From the NCBI GenBank assembly GCA_051745535.1, contig JBNJED010000001.1:1-56475 (forward strand): a DNA stretch of 56,475 bases, in the 5' to 3' direction. This DNA comes from Pseudomonadota bacterium. GTDB lineage: Bacteria; Pseudomonadota; Gammaproteobacteria; Thiohalospirales; Thiohalospiraceae. The notes beneath the pieces are model-generated. The model worked only from the letters and a program-made list of their open reading frames with translations. It was not told the DNA's origin and did no database searches. The translations under genes and the position numbers were made by a program. Below are positions 14,995 to 25,673 of this stretch, one piece after another. Numbering within the stretch: the stretch's first letter is position 1; every line of letters starts with the position of its first letter.

Positions 14995-17952
14995 TCAGGA
15001 CTCCAGCCGCTCCACTATCAGCCCCAGGTCGTCGGCAACCTCGGCCCCGAAGGCGCCGGTGACCACGGCGGTGCTCGGCGTCCCCTCGGCGAGGTACTCC
15101 CGGGCCACCCGCTCCAGGTCGTCCTGGCGCACGGCCAGCACACGGTCGCGGAAGCGCTGGCGGACCTCCGGCGTGCGGCCGTAGAGCCGCCCGTGGAAGT
15201 CCTGGCGCGCCTCCCCGGCCGGGGAGCGCGGCTTGTCCAGGGAGGAGACCACGCCGAGGATCGATTCCTCCACCGCCGACCAGTCGTGGTCGCGGCCCAG
15301 GAACCACTCCACCGCGGCGTCGAAGTCGTCCAGGGTCCCCTGGATCCGCGGATCGCGGTAGGAGAAGAAGCGGAAGGCGGCGTTGTCGACGTCCTGGCTG
15401 GCACCGGCGCCGTAGGCCCCGCCCTGCTCGCGGATGGCCCGGTGGAGGAACTGGTTGCGCAGCAGCACCCCCAGGGCGGTGAGCGGCGCGGCGTCGGGGT
15501 GGTCCTTGGCCACCGTGGGATAGGCGCGGGCGCAGAAGCTCACCTGGCTCTGGGTGACCCAGAGCTGCTGGACGGCCTCCCGGACCGGCGGCAGGGTCAG
15601 GCCGGCGAAGCCCTCCGCCACGGGACCGGCGGGCCAGTGGGCGTTGACCGCCCGCTCCAGCCCCTCTGCGTGCTCCGGCTCCCCCACCAGGAGGAAGCGC
15701 CGGGGCGCCTGCTGGATGCGCGCGTGCAGTGCCGCCAGCCGGTCGGCGAAGTCGCGCACCGACTCCCGGTCGTCGTCCATGGCGGCATCCAGCGCCTTGA
15801 GCCGGCGCAGCCCCTCCAGGCCGCGCAGGCGGTGGGTGAGCGAGGCCGCCGGGGCCATGCCGGCGGAGGCGGCGCGCATGGCCAGGACGTGGCCCTGCCC
15901 GGTGACCGCCCGCTCCTGCCGGGCCCGCTGCTCGGCGACGATGTCCCGGAGCCAGTCGTGCTCGTCGAAGCGGGCGCCGGCCACGGTGGCCTCCAGCACC
16001 TCGGCCAGGTCCTCGGCATGACGCGCCAGGGCCTTGCCACCGACGACCAGGTGGCCGGCGGTGTTCTGGACGTCGGCCACGCCGCCCTGGACGGTGCTGT
16101 AGGCGTGGATCCCGCCGGTGACGGCATCCTGCCAGGCCTGGGTCTCGCGGTAGTCACGCTCGCCCACGCCCACCTCGGTGAGGCAGTCGGTGTAGAGCGG
16201 CAGCAGCTCCAGCAGCTCCGGCTCCAGCTCGGGCAGCTCCACCACCACCTGCTGGTAGACCAGGCCATTGGTCCCCTGGCCGTAGAAGGTCGCCGGGGCC
16301 GGCGTTCCGGCCAGGGTGGTGAATTCCGGCGGCGCGGCGGCCTCGGGTATATCCTCGATACCGACCCGGGGTAGCAGCTCCGGGTCGTCAGCCCGGTTCT
16401 GGCGGTCGGTCAGTTCCGCGGCGCGTTCCACCAGCTCCTGGCGCTGATCGGGGTCCAGGGTGGCGGCGATGGCATCCAGGTGGGTGCGCTCCGCCGTCTC
16501 CCGGCGCTGGCTCATCTGGGGCTCCGGGCGCAGGGTCAGCCGCACCCGGTGGGGGTTGTCCAGCAGCCGTTCGCGGACCAGCCGCGGGATGAAGTCGGGC
16601 TCGGCGGCCTCGGCGCGCAGCTCCGCCAGGGCGGTGTCCAGGTCCCAGACGCCCACCGGGTCGCCGCGGTGGATGGCGGCGGAGAGGCCGTCGAGGATGA
16701 TCTGGAGGCCGAAGGGCATGCCGTCACCCTCGATCTCCCGCTGGCTGATCTCGATCTGGTGGAGGACCGCCTCCACTCGCTCGGCGGGAACGCCCTCCCG
16801 GGCCACCTCCTCCAGGGTCTCGACCACCAGCCGCTCCACGGCATCGGCGTGCTCGGGGTCGGAGCCCTCCAGGCCGCAGACGAAGGCCATCTCCTTGTTG
16901 GAGTCCTCCACCCCCAGCAGCGGCGAGGGGTTGGTCCCCAGGTCGCTGCTCTCCAGGGCGTGGCGCAGGGGGGACGCGCTGTTGTCCAGCAGCACGCCGG
17001 AGAGGACCTGGGCGCGCAGCTGCTCGGCCAGGTCGGTGGAGCGGCCCAGCAGCCAGCCCAGGACGTGGTGGGTCTTGCGCGCGGTGTCGGGCCCGTCCAC
17101 GGCGTAGCCCTCCTCCACCCGGACGGGGGCGTGGTAGCGGGTCTCGTCCGGGACCTCCATGCGCCGGTCCAGCCGCTGGAAGGCGGAGAGCGCCCGCTCC
17201 TCGATGGCGGTCTGGATCTCGCCCACCGGCAGGTCGCCGAAGGTCATGAAGACGGCGTTGGAGGGGTGGTAGTGGCTGGCGTAGAAGGCCTTGAGCTGCT
17301 CGTGGGTGAGCTGCGGGATCTGCTCCGGGTCACCGCCGCTGTTGTGGTGGTAGGTGACCGTGGGGAAGAGATAGCGCGTGAGCTCCTGGAAGAGCACCGC
17401 CGTGGCGGAGCTCATGGCCCCCTTCATCTCGTTGTAGACCACCCCGCGCCGGACCAGTGGCGTGGTGGGGTCCGACGGCTCCTCGAACTCCAGCCGGTGG
17501 CCCTCCTGGGCGAAGTCCATCTCGTCGAGATTGGCGAAGAAGACCGCGTCCAGATAGACGTCCAGGAGGTTGAAGAAGTCCTTGCGGTTGGTGCTCGCAA
17601 AGGGATAGGCGGTCCAGTCACTGGAAGTCAGCGCATTCATGAAGGTGTTCAGCGACCGCCGGATCATCATGAAGAAGGGATCGCGCACCGGATAGTTCCG
17701 GCTGCCGCAGAGGACCGTGTGCTCCAGGATGTGGGCCACGCCGGTGGAATCCTGGGGCATGGTCCGCAGCCCCACCAGGAAGACGTTCTCGGGATTGTCC
17801 GCCGCGATATGGTAGTGGATGGCGCCGGTGGCACGATGGCGCCAGGTCTCCACGGTGACCTGCAGGGCCTCGATGGGCCGGGCCCCCAGGGATTCGAAGG
17901 CCGGGTGGCCGTGGTGCTCCCCTTGCGGGACCGTCGCGGGGCTGTTGCTCAT
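14995..17952 (-). CDS. M16C metallopeptidase (presequence protease / insulinase family)
   Basis: Inverted zinc motif HILEH, RDPFF, FMNA, GVVYNEMKG, IREQGGAYG and YRDP. Confidence 0.92.
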   Translation of the reverse strand: MSNSPATVPQGEHHGHPAFESLGARPIEALQVTVETWRHRATGAIHYHIAADNPENVFLVGLRTMPQDSTGVAHILEHTVLCGSRNYPVRDPFFMMIRRSLNTFMNALTSSDWTAYPFASTNRKDFFNLLDVYLDAVFFANLDEMDFAQEGHRLEFEEPSDPTTPLVRRGVVYNEMKGAMSSATAVLFQELTRYLFPTVTYHHNSGGDPEQIPQLTHEQLKAFYASHYHPSNAVFMTFGDLPVGEIQTAIEERALSAFQRLDRRMEVPDETRYHAPVRVEEGYAVDGPDTARKTHHVLGWLLGRSTDLAEQLRAQVLSGVLLDNSASPLRHALESSDLGTNPSPLLGVEDSNKEMAFVCGLEGSDPEHADAVERLVVETLEEVAREGVPAERVEAVLHQIEISQREIEGDGMPFGLQIILDGLSAAIHRGDPVGVWDLDTALAELRAEAAEPDFIPRLVRERLLDNPHRVRLTLRPEPQMSQRRETAERTHLDAIAATLDPDQRQELVERAAELTDRQNRADDPELLPRVGIEDIPEAAAPPEFTTLAGTPAPATFYGQGTNGLVYQQVVVELPELEPELLELLPLYTDCLTEVGVGERDYRETQAWQDAVTGGIHAYSTVQGGVADVQNTAGHLVVGGKALARHAEDLAEVLEATVAGARFDEHDWLRDIVAEQRARQERAVTGQGHVLAMRAASAGMAPAASLTHRLRGLEGLRRLKALDAAMDDDRESVRDFADRLAALHARIQQAPRRFLLVGEPEHAEGLERAVNAHWPAGPVAEGFAGLTLPPVREAVQQLWVTQSQVSFCARAYPTVAKDHPDAAPLTALGVLLRNQFLHRAIREQGGAYGAGASQDVDNAAFRFFSYRDPRIQGTLDDFDAAVEWFLGRDHDWSAVEESILGVVSSLDKPRSPAGEARQDFHGRLYGRTPEVRQRFRDRVLAVRQDDLERVAREYLAEGTPSTAVVTGAFGAEVADDLGLIVERLES

Positions 17953-18042
17953 CGCCGATTCGTCTCCTCTCGGATGGGTGGGGTCGGAAGATTGCAAGCA
18001 TGGGGGCGCACCCCTGCCGGGGGCAAGGGGGTACGTCCTGCC

Positions 18043-18068
18043 AAAAAACCCCGCCAGGGGGCGGGGTT
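18043..18068 (-). terminator. Intrinsic terminator after metF
   Basis: Minus strand aaccccgcc-ccct-ggcggggtt followed by a T run. Confidence 0.85.
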
Positions 18069-18075
18069 GAGGGGG

Positions 18076-18936
18076 TCAGGTCCGGATGCCGAGGTCCTGC
18101 CAGAGCTTCATGGTCGGCTTTGCCTGATTCATGCTGTAGAAGTGAATGCCCGGGGCCCCCTGGGCGAGGAGCTCCTCGGCCATGGTCCCGGTCACCTCAT
18201 GGCCGAAGGCCTGCAGCCCCTCCTTGTCGTCCTTGTCGGCCAGCTCCTCGGCGCGCCAGCTCATCCAGCGGGGCAGCTCGGCGCCGCACATGCCGGAGAA
18301 GCGCTTGAGCTGCTCCCAGTTGATGATGGGCATGATCCCGGGGATCACCGGGATATCCACGCCGCGCTTCTCCAGCTGGTCGATGAACTGGTAGTAGGCA
18401 TCGGCGTTGAAGAAGTACTGGGTGATGGCCACGTCGGCACCGGCCTTCACCTTGCGGGCGAAGTTGTCGATGTCGGCCGAGGCGGACGGCGCCTGCGGAT
18501 GGAATTCCGGATAGGCGCCCACCTCCAGGTGGAAGGTATCGCCGTACTCGGACCGCAGGAACTCCACCAGCTCGTTGGCGTAGCGGAACTCGCCTGAGGG
18601 CCCGCGCATACCCGAGGGCACGTCCCCGCGCAGGGCGACGATGCGCTTGACGCCCATGTCCCGGTAGGTATTGACCAGCTCCCGGATCTCGTCCTTGCTG
18701 GAGGTGATGCAGGAGAGGTGGGGGGCGGCGTCCAGACCGGCGTTGAGCATGTCCTGGACGGTCTCCACGGTGCCCTGCTGGGTGGAGCCGCCGGCGCCGA
18801 AGGTCACCGAGACGTAGTGGGGATTCAGGGTCATGAGCTTGTCCCGCACGCGATGGAGGCGGTCCCGCGCCTCCTCGGACTTGGGCGGGAAGAACTCGAT
18901 GCTGAAACTCTTTTCAAACTTTTTCTGCGATTCCAT
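18076..18936 (-). CDS. metF: 5,10-methylenetetrahydrofolate reductase
   Basis: SIEFFPPK, SVTFGAGGS, ALRGD, AYPE.HP, ITQYFF and PGIHFYSMN. Confidence 0.96.
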   Translation of the reverse strand: MESQKKFEKSFSIEFFPPKSEEARDRLHRVRDKLMTLNPHYVSVTFGAGGSTQQGTVETVQDMLNAGLDAAPHLSCITSSKDEIRELVNTYRDMGVKRIVALRGDVPSGMRGPSGEFRYANELVEFLRSEYGDTFHLEVGAYPEFHPQAPSASADIDNFARKVKAGADVAITQYFFNADAYYQFIDQLEKRGVDIPVIPGIMPIINWEQLKRFSGMCGAELPRWMSWRAEELADKDDKEGLQAFGHEVTGTMAEELLAQGAPGIHFYSMNQAKPTMKLWQDLGIRT

Positions 18937-18964
18937 GACACTCCTCACGAGGTAGCGTCCCAAG

Positions 18965-19013
18965 AAAAAGGGAAGGCGCGGCGACCCGTATGCACGGGCC
19001 GCCGGCCTTCCCT
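18965..19013 (-). terminator. Long hairpin plus U tract between ahcY and metF
   Basis: agggaaggc...gccttccct stem followed on the minus strand by TTTT. Confidence 0.6.
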
Positions 19014-19046
19014 CATGCTGCCGAAAGGCGGCGGACCGCCGTTGGC

Positions 19047-20360
<1,314 letters not shown>

Positions 20361-20441
20361 GAAAGGTTTCTCCTTCGCTATAAATTCGGGAATGCTGCGC
20401 TTGCTGGCGGGGTGCCGTCGGGCACCCCGCCCGGCGCCGCT

Positions 20442-21608
20442 TTAGATGCCGGCAGCCTTGCGCAGGGCGTCGGCCTTGTCGGTCTTCTCCCAGGTGATGT
20501 CGTCCTCGGTGCGGCCGAAGTGACCGTAGGCAGCGGTCTTCTTGTAGATGGGCCGCAGCAGGTCGAGCATGTTCACGATGCCCTTCGGACGCAGGTCGAA
20601 GTTGTCGCGGACGATCTGCTCGAGCTTGTCCTCGGAGATCTTGGCGGTACCGAAGGTCTCGACGCGCACGGAGGTGGGCTCGGCCACGCCGATGGCGTAG
20701 GAGAGCTGGACCTCGCAGCGGTCGGCCAGGCCGGCGGCCACGACGTTCTTGGCGACGTAGCGGCCGGCGTAGGCGGCGGAACGGTCCACCTTGGACGGGT
20801 CCTTGCCGGAGAAGGCACCGCCGCCGTGGCGGCCCATGCCGCCGTAGGTGTCGACGATGATCTTCCGGCCGGTGAGGCCACAGTCACCCACGGGGCCGCC
20901 GATGACGAAGCGGCCGGTGGGGTTGATGTGGAACTTGGTGTCCTTGGTCACCCACTCCTCGGGGAGCACGGGCTTGAGGATCTCCTCGCGAACGGCCTCC
21001 TCGAGGTCCTTCTGGGAGATGTCCTCGTCGTGCTGGGTGGAGAGGACGACGGCATCCAGGCCCACCGGGGTGGTGCCCTCGTAGCGCAGGGTCACCTGGC
21101 TCTTGGCGTCGGGCCGGAGCCACGGCAGGGTGCCGTCCTTGCGGACGATGGACTGACGCTGGGTCAGGCGCTGGGCCAGGGAGATCGGGGCGGGCATGAG
21201 CACGTCGGTCTCGTCCACGGCGAAACCGAACATCAGGCCCTGGTCACCGGCGCCCTGATTGGGGTCGAGACCGCGGCCCTCGTCCACGCCCTGGGCGATG
21301 TCGGGGGACTGCTTGTCGAGGGCGACCAGGACGGCGCAGCTCTCGTAGTCGAAGCCCATGTCGGAGTGGTTGTAGCCGATCTCGTTGACCACTTCGCGAG
21401 CGATCTCGTTGTACTCGATCTTCGCGCTGGTGGTGATCTCACCGGAGAGGACGATCATGCCGGTGTTGATCATGGTCTCGCAGGCAACACGCGCCTTGGG
21501 GTCCTCGGTGAGGATGGCGTCGAGGATGCCGTCGGAGATCTGATCGGCCACCTTGTCGGGATGGCCCTCGGAGACGGACTCGGAAGTAAAGAGGCTGGTG
21601 TTCGACAT
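20442..21608 (-). CDS. metK: S-adenosylmethionine synthetase
   Basis: [19 protein letters not shown] and [16 protein letters not shown]. Confidence 0.98.
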   Translation of the reverse strand: MSNTSLFTSESVSEGHPDKVADQISDGILDAILTEDPKARVACETMINTGMIVLSGEITTSAKIEYNEIAREVVNEIGYNHSDMGFDYESCAVLVALDKQSPDIAQGVDEGRGLDPNQGAGDQGLMFGFAVDETDVLMPAPISLAQRLTQRQSIVRKDGTLPWLRPDAKSQVTLRYEGTTPVGLDAVVLSTQHDEDISQKDLEEAVREEILKPVLPEEWVTKDTKFHINPTGRFVIGGPVGDCGLTGRKIIVDTYGGMGRHGGGAFSGKDPSKVDRSAAYAGRYVAKNVVAAGLADRCEVQLSYAIGVAEPTSVRVETFGTAKISEDKLEQIVRDNFDLRPKGIVNMLDLLRPIYKKTAAYGHFGRTEDDITWEKTDKADALRKAAGI

Positions 21609-21830
21609 TATACTGGTCGCTCCTAGCTTGGCCCCGTATCGGGGTTACACAAAAGACGCGCCGTCCGGTATGGACGGCCCTCGTTGAAAATCATGATGCG
21701 CCACGGCTGCGTACGTAATGGAAGCGGGCGGGCGCTCGGGCCGGGTGTGCGGGCGGCGTTGCTGGCCGCCCTTCTCTGAATCGGCGGTGGACCCGGCCCG
21801 TGCCGTTGCCATCCGCGATAACTGTAGCCC
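21609..21830 (-). promoter_or_regulatory. Structured 5' leader of metK-ahcY-metF (candidate cis-regulatory RNA)
   Basis: Candidate -10 TACAGT (21821-21826). 10-bp stem 21737-21746/21791-21800 with a nested 7-bp stem. Hairpin 21660-21678 plus TTTT, then hairpin 21632-21644 next to the RBS. Confidence 0.45.
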
Positions 21831-22134
21831 AGTGAAGAGGGTTTGCAGCTGTCTGCAGCGCATTTCCAAATGGGTGCCGCCGCAAGACGAAGAGCATGAA
21901 AACATATCCGGAACGGAGTTTCAACCGACAACGGCCGGACGCGCCCCGGCGGGCGCTTCAGCAGATTCGTAACGCACTGACAAAAAAGGCCGAACCAAAC
22001 ATTATCGGGATTGTCAGAACTCCCACAGGGAGGCCTTTGGGGCTTGCTCGAAGCCTCGCCAGACGGCGCCAGGGGAAAAAATCTGTAACGCAGCCGACAC
22101 ATAAAAACGGCCCCGACGAACAGGAATATTGTAG

Positions 22135-23202
22135 TTGATTAACAGATATTTACACCGTTATCCCGATACCATCCGGAGATTTTTTGTGCTGTTCTGGTGC
22201 CTGGTTGGCACGGCTTGCACCACCCCGGCCCCCTCCGCCCCGCCCCACCATCAGGGCGACGGCTTTCGCAACCACCCGCCGGTGGAACGGCCCGGCTTCA
22301 CCGACTTCCTCCGCTGGCAGTGGGAGCGGCCGGATCAACCGGCCTGGGAACCGCCCACGGCGGAGCCGCGCCCGCTGGAGGGGCGGGACGGGGCGGCGAT
22401 CACCTGGATCGGCCACGCCACGGCGCTGCTGGAGGTCGACGGGCGCACTGTCCTCACCGACCCGGTCTTCAGCGACCGCGCCTCGCCGCTCACCTGGCTG
22501 GGTCCCCGGCGGTACGCCCCGCCCCGGCCGGCCCTGAAGGCGCTGCCCGCCATCGATGTCGTGGTGATCTCCCACAACCACTATGACGCCCTGGACGCCG
22601 CCAGCGTGGAGGCCCTGGCCGAGGCCCATCCGGGGGCGCACTTCTTCGTCCCCCTGGGCCTGGCCGACTGGTTCCGGGAGCGCGGCATCGACCGGGTCAC
22701 GGAGCTGGACTGGTGGGAATCGGCCGAGCATGCCGGGCTGACGGTTACCGCCACCCCGGTACAGCACTGGAGCAAGCGCGGCCTGTTCGACGAGAACGAG
22801 AGCCTCTGGGCCGGCTGGGCGGTGGAGTTCGGCGACTTCGACTTCTGGTTCGCCGGTGATACCGGCTACCAGCCGGTCCACTTCCGGGAGACCGGCCGAC
22901 GGCTGGGCCCCTTCGACCTCGCGGCCATCCCAATCGGGGCCTACGCCCCACGCTGGTTCATGAAGAGCAGCCACGTGACCCCGGAGGAGGCGGTTCGGAT
23001 CCGGGATGATGTCGGTGCCCGGCGGGCGGTGGCCATCCACTGGGGCACCTTCCCGCTGACCGACGAACCGCCGGCGGAGCCCGCCGAGCGGCTGCGGGCG
23101 GCGCGGAACGAGGCCGGACTGCAATCGTCCGCCTTCCACCTGCTGCGCCACGGCGAGACCTGGCGACTGTCAGAACCAACCCGACCGGTGGAGGAGCCAT
23201 AG
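22135..23202 (+). CDS. MBL-fold metallohydrolase (NAPE-PLD / RomA-like), probable lipoprotein
   Basis: TWIGHAT, TDPVFS, ISHNHYD, FAGDTGY, PIGAY.PRWFM and IHWGTF. Start uncertain (TTG 22135 or GTG 22186). Confidence 0.85.
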   Translation: MINRYLHRYPDTIRRFFVLFWCLVGTACTTPAPSAPPHHQGDGFRNHPPVERPGFTDFLRWQWERPDQPAWEPPTAEPRPLEGRDGAAITWIGHATALLEVDGRTVLTDPVFSDRASPLTWLGPRRYAPPRPALKALPAIDVVVISHNHYDALDAASVEALAEAHPGAHFFVPLGLADWFRERGIDRVTELDWWESAEHAGLTVTATPVQHWSKRGLFDENESLWAGWAVEFGDFDFWFAGDTGYQPVHFRETGRRLGPFDLAAIPIGAYAPRWFMKSSHVTPEEAVRIRDDVGARRAVAIHWGTFPLTDEPPAEPAERLRAARNEAGLQSSAFHLLRHGETWRLSEPTRPVEEP

Positions 23203-23244
23203 CTGCCCGGCGCTCCGGTCTACCATCATCGGCGCCATTCCCCT

Positions 23245-23279
23245 TGAAATCATGGTCACTCTCCCTGAACTTATGGTCA
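23245..23279 (+). promoter_or_regulatory. Two TGA-N8-TCA boxes, 21-bp period, upstream of cytochrome c'
   Basis: TGAAATCATGGTCA (23245-23258) and TGAACTTATGGTCA (23266-23279). Confidence 0.45.
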
Positions 23280-23360
23280 GGACGATGGTCCATCGCGTCG
23301 GGCGGCCCCGTGCCCCCGTTATCTCTACCCCGACTCCTACAAAGGCAAGGGAGGCAAACA

Positions 23361-23822
23361 ATGCGCAAGCTCATCGCCGGCGGCCTCGTCGCCGCCACCG
23401 CCCTCATGGGCGCCAGTACTGCCGTGGCCGAGAAGGAAGATGCCGACTACGTCGAATACCGCCAGGGCGTCTTCACCGCCATGTCCTGGAACTTCGGCCC
23501 GCTGGTCGGCATGGCCAAGGGGGAGATCGACTTCGACGCCGACCTCGCCCAGCGCAATGCCGAGCGCCTGGCCCAGCTGGCCAGCATGCCCTGGGAGGGC
23601 TTCGAGGGCGGTCCCCATGACGCGGGTGACGGCCACACCCACGCCAAGGAGGCCATCTGGGACGAGCAGGACAAGTTCGAGGGTGGCGCCGAGAAGTTCC
23701 AGCAGGAGGTCGACAAGCTGGCCGAGGTCGCCCAGCAGGGCGAGCTGGGTCCGCTGCGCCAGCAGGTGGGCGCCGTAGGTGACAGCTGCAAGAAGTGCCA
23801 CGACAACTTCAAGGAGGACTAA
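23361..23822 (+). CDS. Class II cytochrome c (cytochrome c')
   Basis: GGGAGG RBS, signal peptide, YRQGVF (Phe rather than Met at the distal position), AKEAIW and C-terminal CKKCH. Confidence 0.92.
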   Translation: MRKLIAGGLVAATALMGASTAVAEKEDADYVEYRQGVFTAMSWNFGPLVGMAKGEIDFDADLAQRNAERLAQLASMPWEGFEGGPHDAGDGHTHAKEAIWDEQDKFEGGAEKFQQEVDKLAEVAQQGELGPLRQQVGAVGDSCKKCHDNFKED

Positions 23823-23864
23823 GGTCGGGCGGACGGCCGGGCCCGGCGGGCCCGGCACCCGTGC

Positions 23865-23900
23865 GAAGGGGCCGGCGCACTGCGTCGGCCCCTTCTCGTT
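23865..23900 (+). terminator. Hairpin terminator between the convergent cytochrome genes
   Basis: gaaggggccggcgca/tgcgtcggccccttc stem with a weak T tail. Confidence 0.6.
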
Positions 23901-23909
23901 GGGGGGTGG

Positions 23910-24572
23910 TCAGGGGGCGGTGGCGACGGCGAGGGCCAGGGCCCCGGCTACCAGGGCCAGGAGGACCGCCGCACGCACGAGCGGCGCCATGGCCGGCTGC
24001 CGCGCCTCTTCGCGCTTGTAGCCGGTGATCATGGGTCGGACCAGATCCTCCCGGCGCACCAGCCGATAGACGACGATGGCAACGATATGCAGGGCTACCA
24101 GTACCAGCAGCATATCGAAGATGGTCTTGTGCCAGCCCGTGAGCCAGCTCTGGGTACTGCTGCCGACCCAGCCACCCAGCGGCCCGTCGAAGAAGATGTC
24201 GTCGGTGGCGAAGAGCCCGGTGAGCCCCTGCGCCAGCAGCAGGACGAGCATCACCAGCACCATCCAGCCGCCCGCCGGATTGTGACCCAGGGTATGGCCC
24301 TCCCCCCGGAGCCAGCCGCGCAGGTAGGTGAGGACGGCCCGGGGGCCCTGGAGGAAGCCGGAGAAGCGCGCCGTCTCGCTGCCGGCCAGCCCCCAGAGGA
24401 CCCGGAACCCGACCAGGGTGATGATGGTATATCCGCTCCAGACATGGATATTCACCCATTCCAGCCCCTGCTCGCCGCTGTACCAGGACAGCGCAAAGGC
24501 CGCCACCAGCAGCCAGTGGAACAGGCGGACGGGTAGATCCCAGACCTTCACCCGGTGGGCATCCGGCGTCAT
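23910..24572 (-). CDS. Cytochrome b (Ni/Fe-hydrogenase b-type cytochrome family)
   Basis: VWDLPVRLFHW, IHVWSG, GHNPAG and WH...LVALHI. Confidence 0.9.
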   Translation of the reverse strand: MTPDAHRVKVWDLPVRLFHWLLVAAFALSWYSGEQGLEWVNIHVWSGYTIITLVGFRVLWGLAGSETARFSGFLQGPRAVLTYLRGWLRGEGHTLGHNPAGGWMVLVMLVLLLAQGLTGLFATDDIFFDGPLGGWVGSSTQSWLTGWHKTIFDMLLVLVALHIVAIVVYRLVRREDLVRPMITGYKREEARQPAMAPLVRAAVLLALVAGALALAVATAP

Positions 24573-24606
24573 CCTTCCTCTCCTTGTCGCAACCTCGATA
24601 CGCCGG

Positions 24607-25566
24607 TTAGGACTGCGCGGCGCGGGCGGTGTTCCCGTGGCCGGCGGTGAGCCCCTCGACGACGCGGCGCGCCAGGGAGACGGATTCGAACTTGGTCAGG
24701 GTGGCGTCGGCGCCCACCCGCTCGGCCTGCTCGGTATTGATGACACCGGTGAGCGAGGTGTGCAGGAGGACATAGAGACCGGCAAGCTTGCGATCCTGGC
24801 GGATGGCGCGGGTGAGGCTGTAGCCGTCCATCTCCGGCATCTCGATGTCGGAGATGACCATGGCGATGTGGTCGCGGATGTCCTCGCCCTCCGTCTCCTG
24901 CGCCTTCTCCCGCAGAAGGTCCAGAGCCTCCCGCCCGTCCCGGGCCATGAGGTACTGGACGCCCAGCCGATCCAGGGTCCGTGCGGTCTGTTTGCGGGCG
25001 ATGGCGGAATCGTCCACCACCAGGACGCTGCGGTCACCGGCGGCGTGGGCATCGGCCAGGTCGTCGAACTCGGCATTGCCGTCGAGATCGAACTCCACGT
25101 GCTCGTCCAGGACGGTCTCGAAGAGGACCTTCTCCACGTCCAGGATCTCCACCAGGTGGTCGTCGATGTAGGTGACACCGGTGATGTAGCTGGCCCGCGA
25201 GGAGGTCTGGGGTGGCCGGTGGACATCCTTCCAGTCCAGCACCGAGATGCGATCCACCGCCGCGACGCGGAAGCCGACCTGGACCCGGTTGAAGGAGCCG
25301 ATGATGACCATGCCGGGGCCGGAGCGATCCGCCCCCTTGAAGCCCACGGCCCGGGCCAGGTCCACCACCGTTACCGACTCGCCGCGGAAGTTGGTCACCC
25401 CGAGGACCGCCCGATGCGCATCCGGCAGCCGGGTGAGTTCCGGCGTGGTCATCACCTCCATGACCTTGAGGACATTGATGGCGAAGCGCTGCTCCCCGCC
25501 CAGGCTGAAGAGCAGCAGCTCCAAGCGGTCGGAATCGGCACCCTGACGGCGGTCGCTTACGGCCAT
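24607..25566 (-). CDS. cheV: Chemotaxis protein CheV (CheW + receiver)
   Basis: RLELLLF..FAINVLKV.EV, then VVDDS..ARKQ, SDIEMPEMDGY and LHTSLTG. Confidence 0.92.
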   Translation of the reverse strand: MAVSDRRQGADSDRLELLLFSLGGEQRFAINVLKVMEVMTTPELTRLPDAHRAVLGVTNFRGESVTVVDLARAVGFKGADRSGPGMVIIGSFNRVQVGFRVAAVDRISVLDWKDVHRPPQTSSRASYITGVTYIDDHLVEILDVEKVLFETVLDEHVEFDLDGNAEFDDLADAHAAGDRSVLVVDDSAIARKQTARTLDRLGVQYLMARDGREALDLLREKAQETEGEDIRDHIAMVISDIEMPEMDGYSLTRAIRQDRKLAGLYVLLHTSLTGVINTEQAERVGADATLTKFESVSLARRVVEGLTAGHGNTARAAQS

Positions 25567-25673
25567 GACGGCCCCCTGGTATCAAGTGACTATCGGGCCA
25601 GTATAACGTGGGTACCCGCCCCCCGCGCCAGGGTCGGCATGAACCGGGGCGGCGACGGTAGTAGGATCGCGCC

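Noticed and set aside
21607-21612. Perfect TATAAT overlapping the metK start codon
   Set aside because: It would initiate inside the CDS and has no convincing -35, so it is probably incidental.
21623-22138. Small ORFs in the metK upstream region, or a sahR remnant
   Set aside because: Atypical codon usage and no ArsR or methyltransferase motifs.
23243-23268. sigma32 promoter for cytochrome c' (CTTGAAA...)
   Set aside because: The -10 reads CCCTGA rather than CCCCAT. The tandem-box reading explains the sequence better.
23361-24572. Cytochrome c' / cytochrome b pair as a novel system
   Set aside because: This adjacency is common in proteobacteria.
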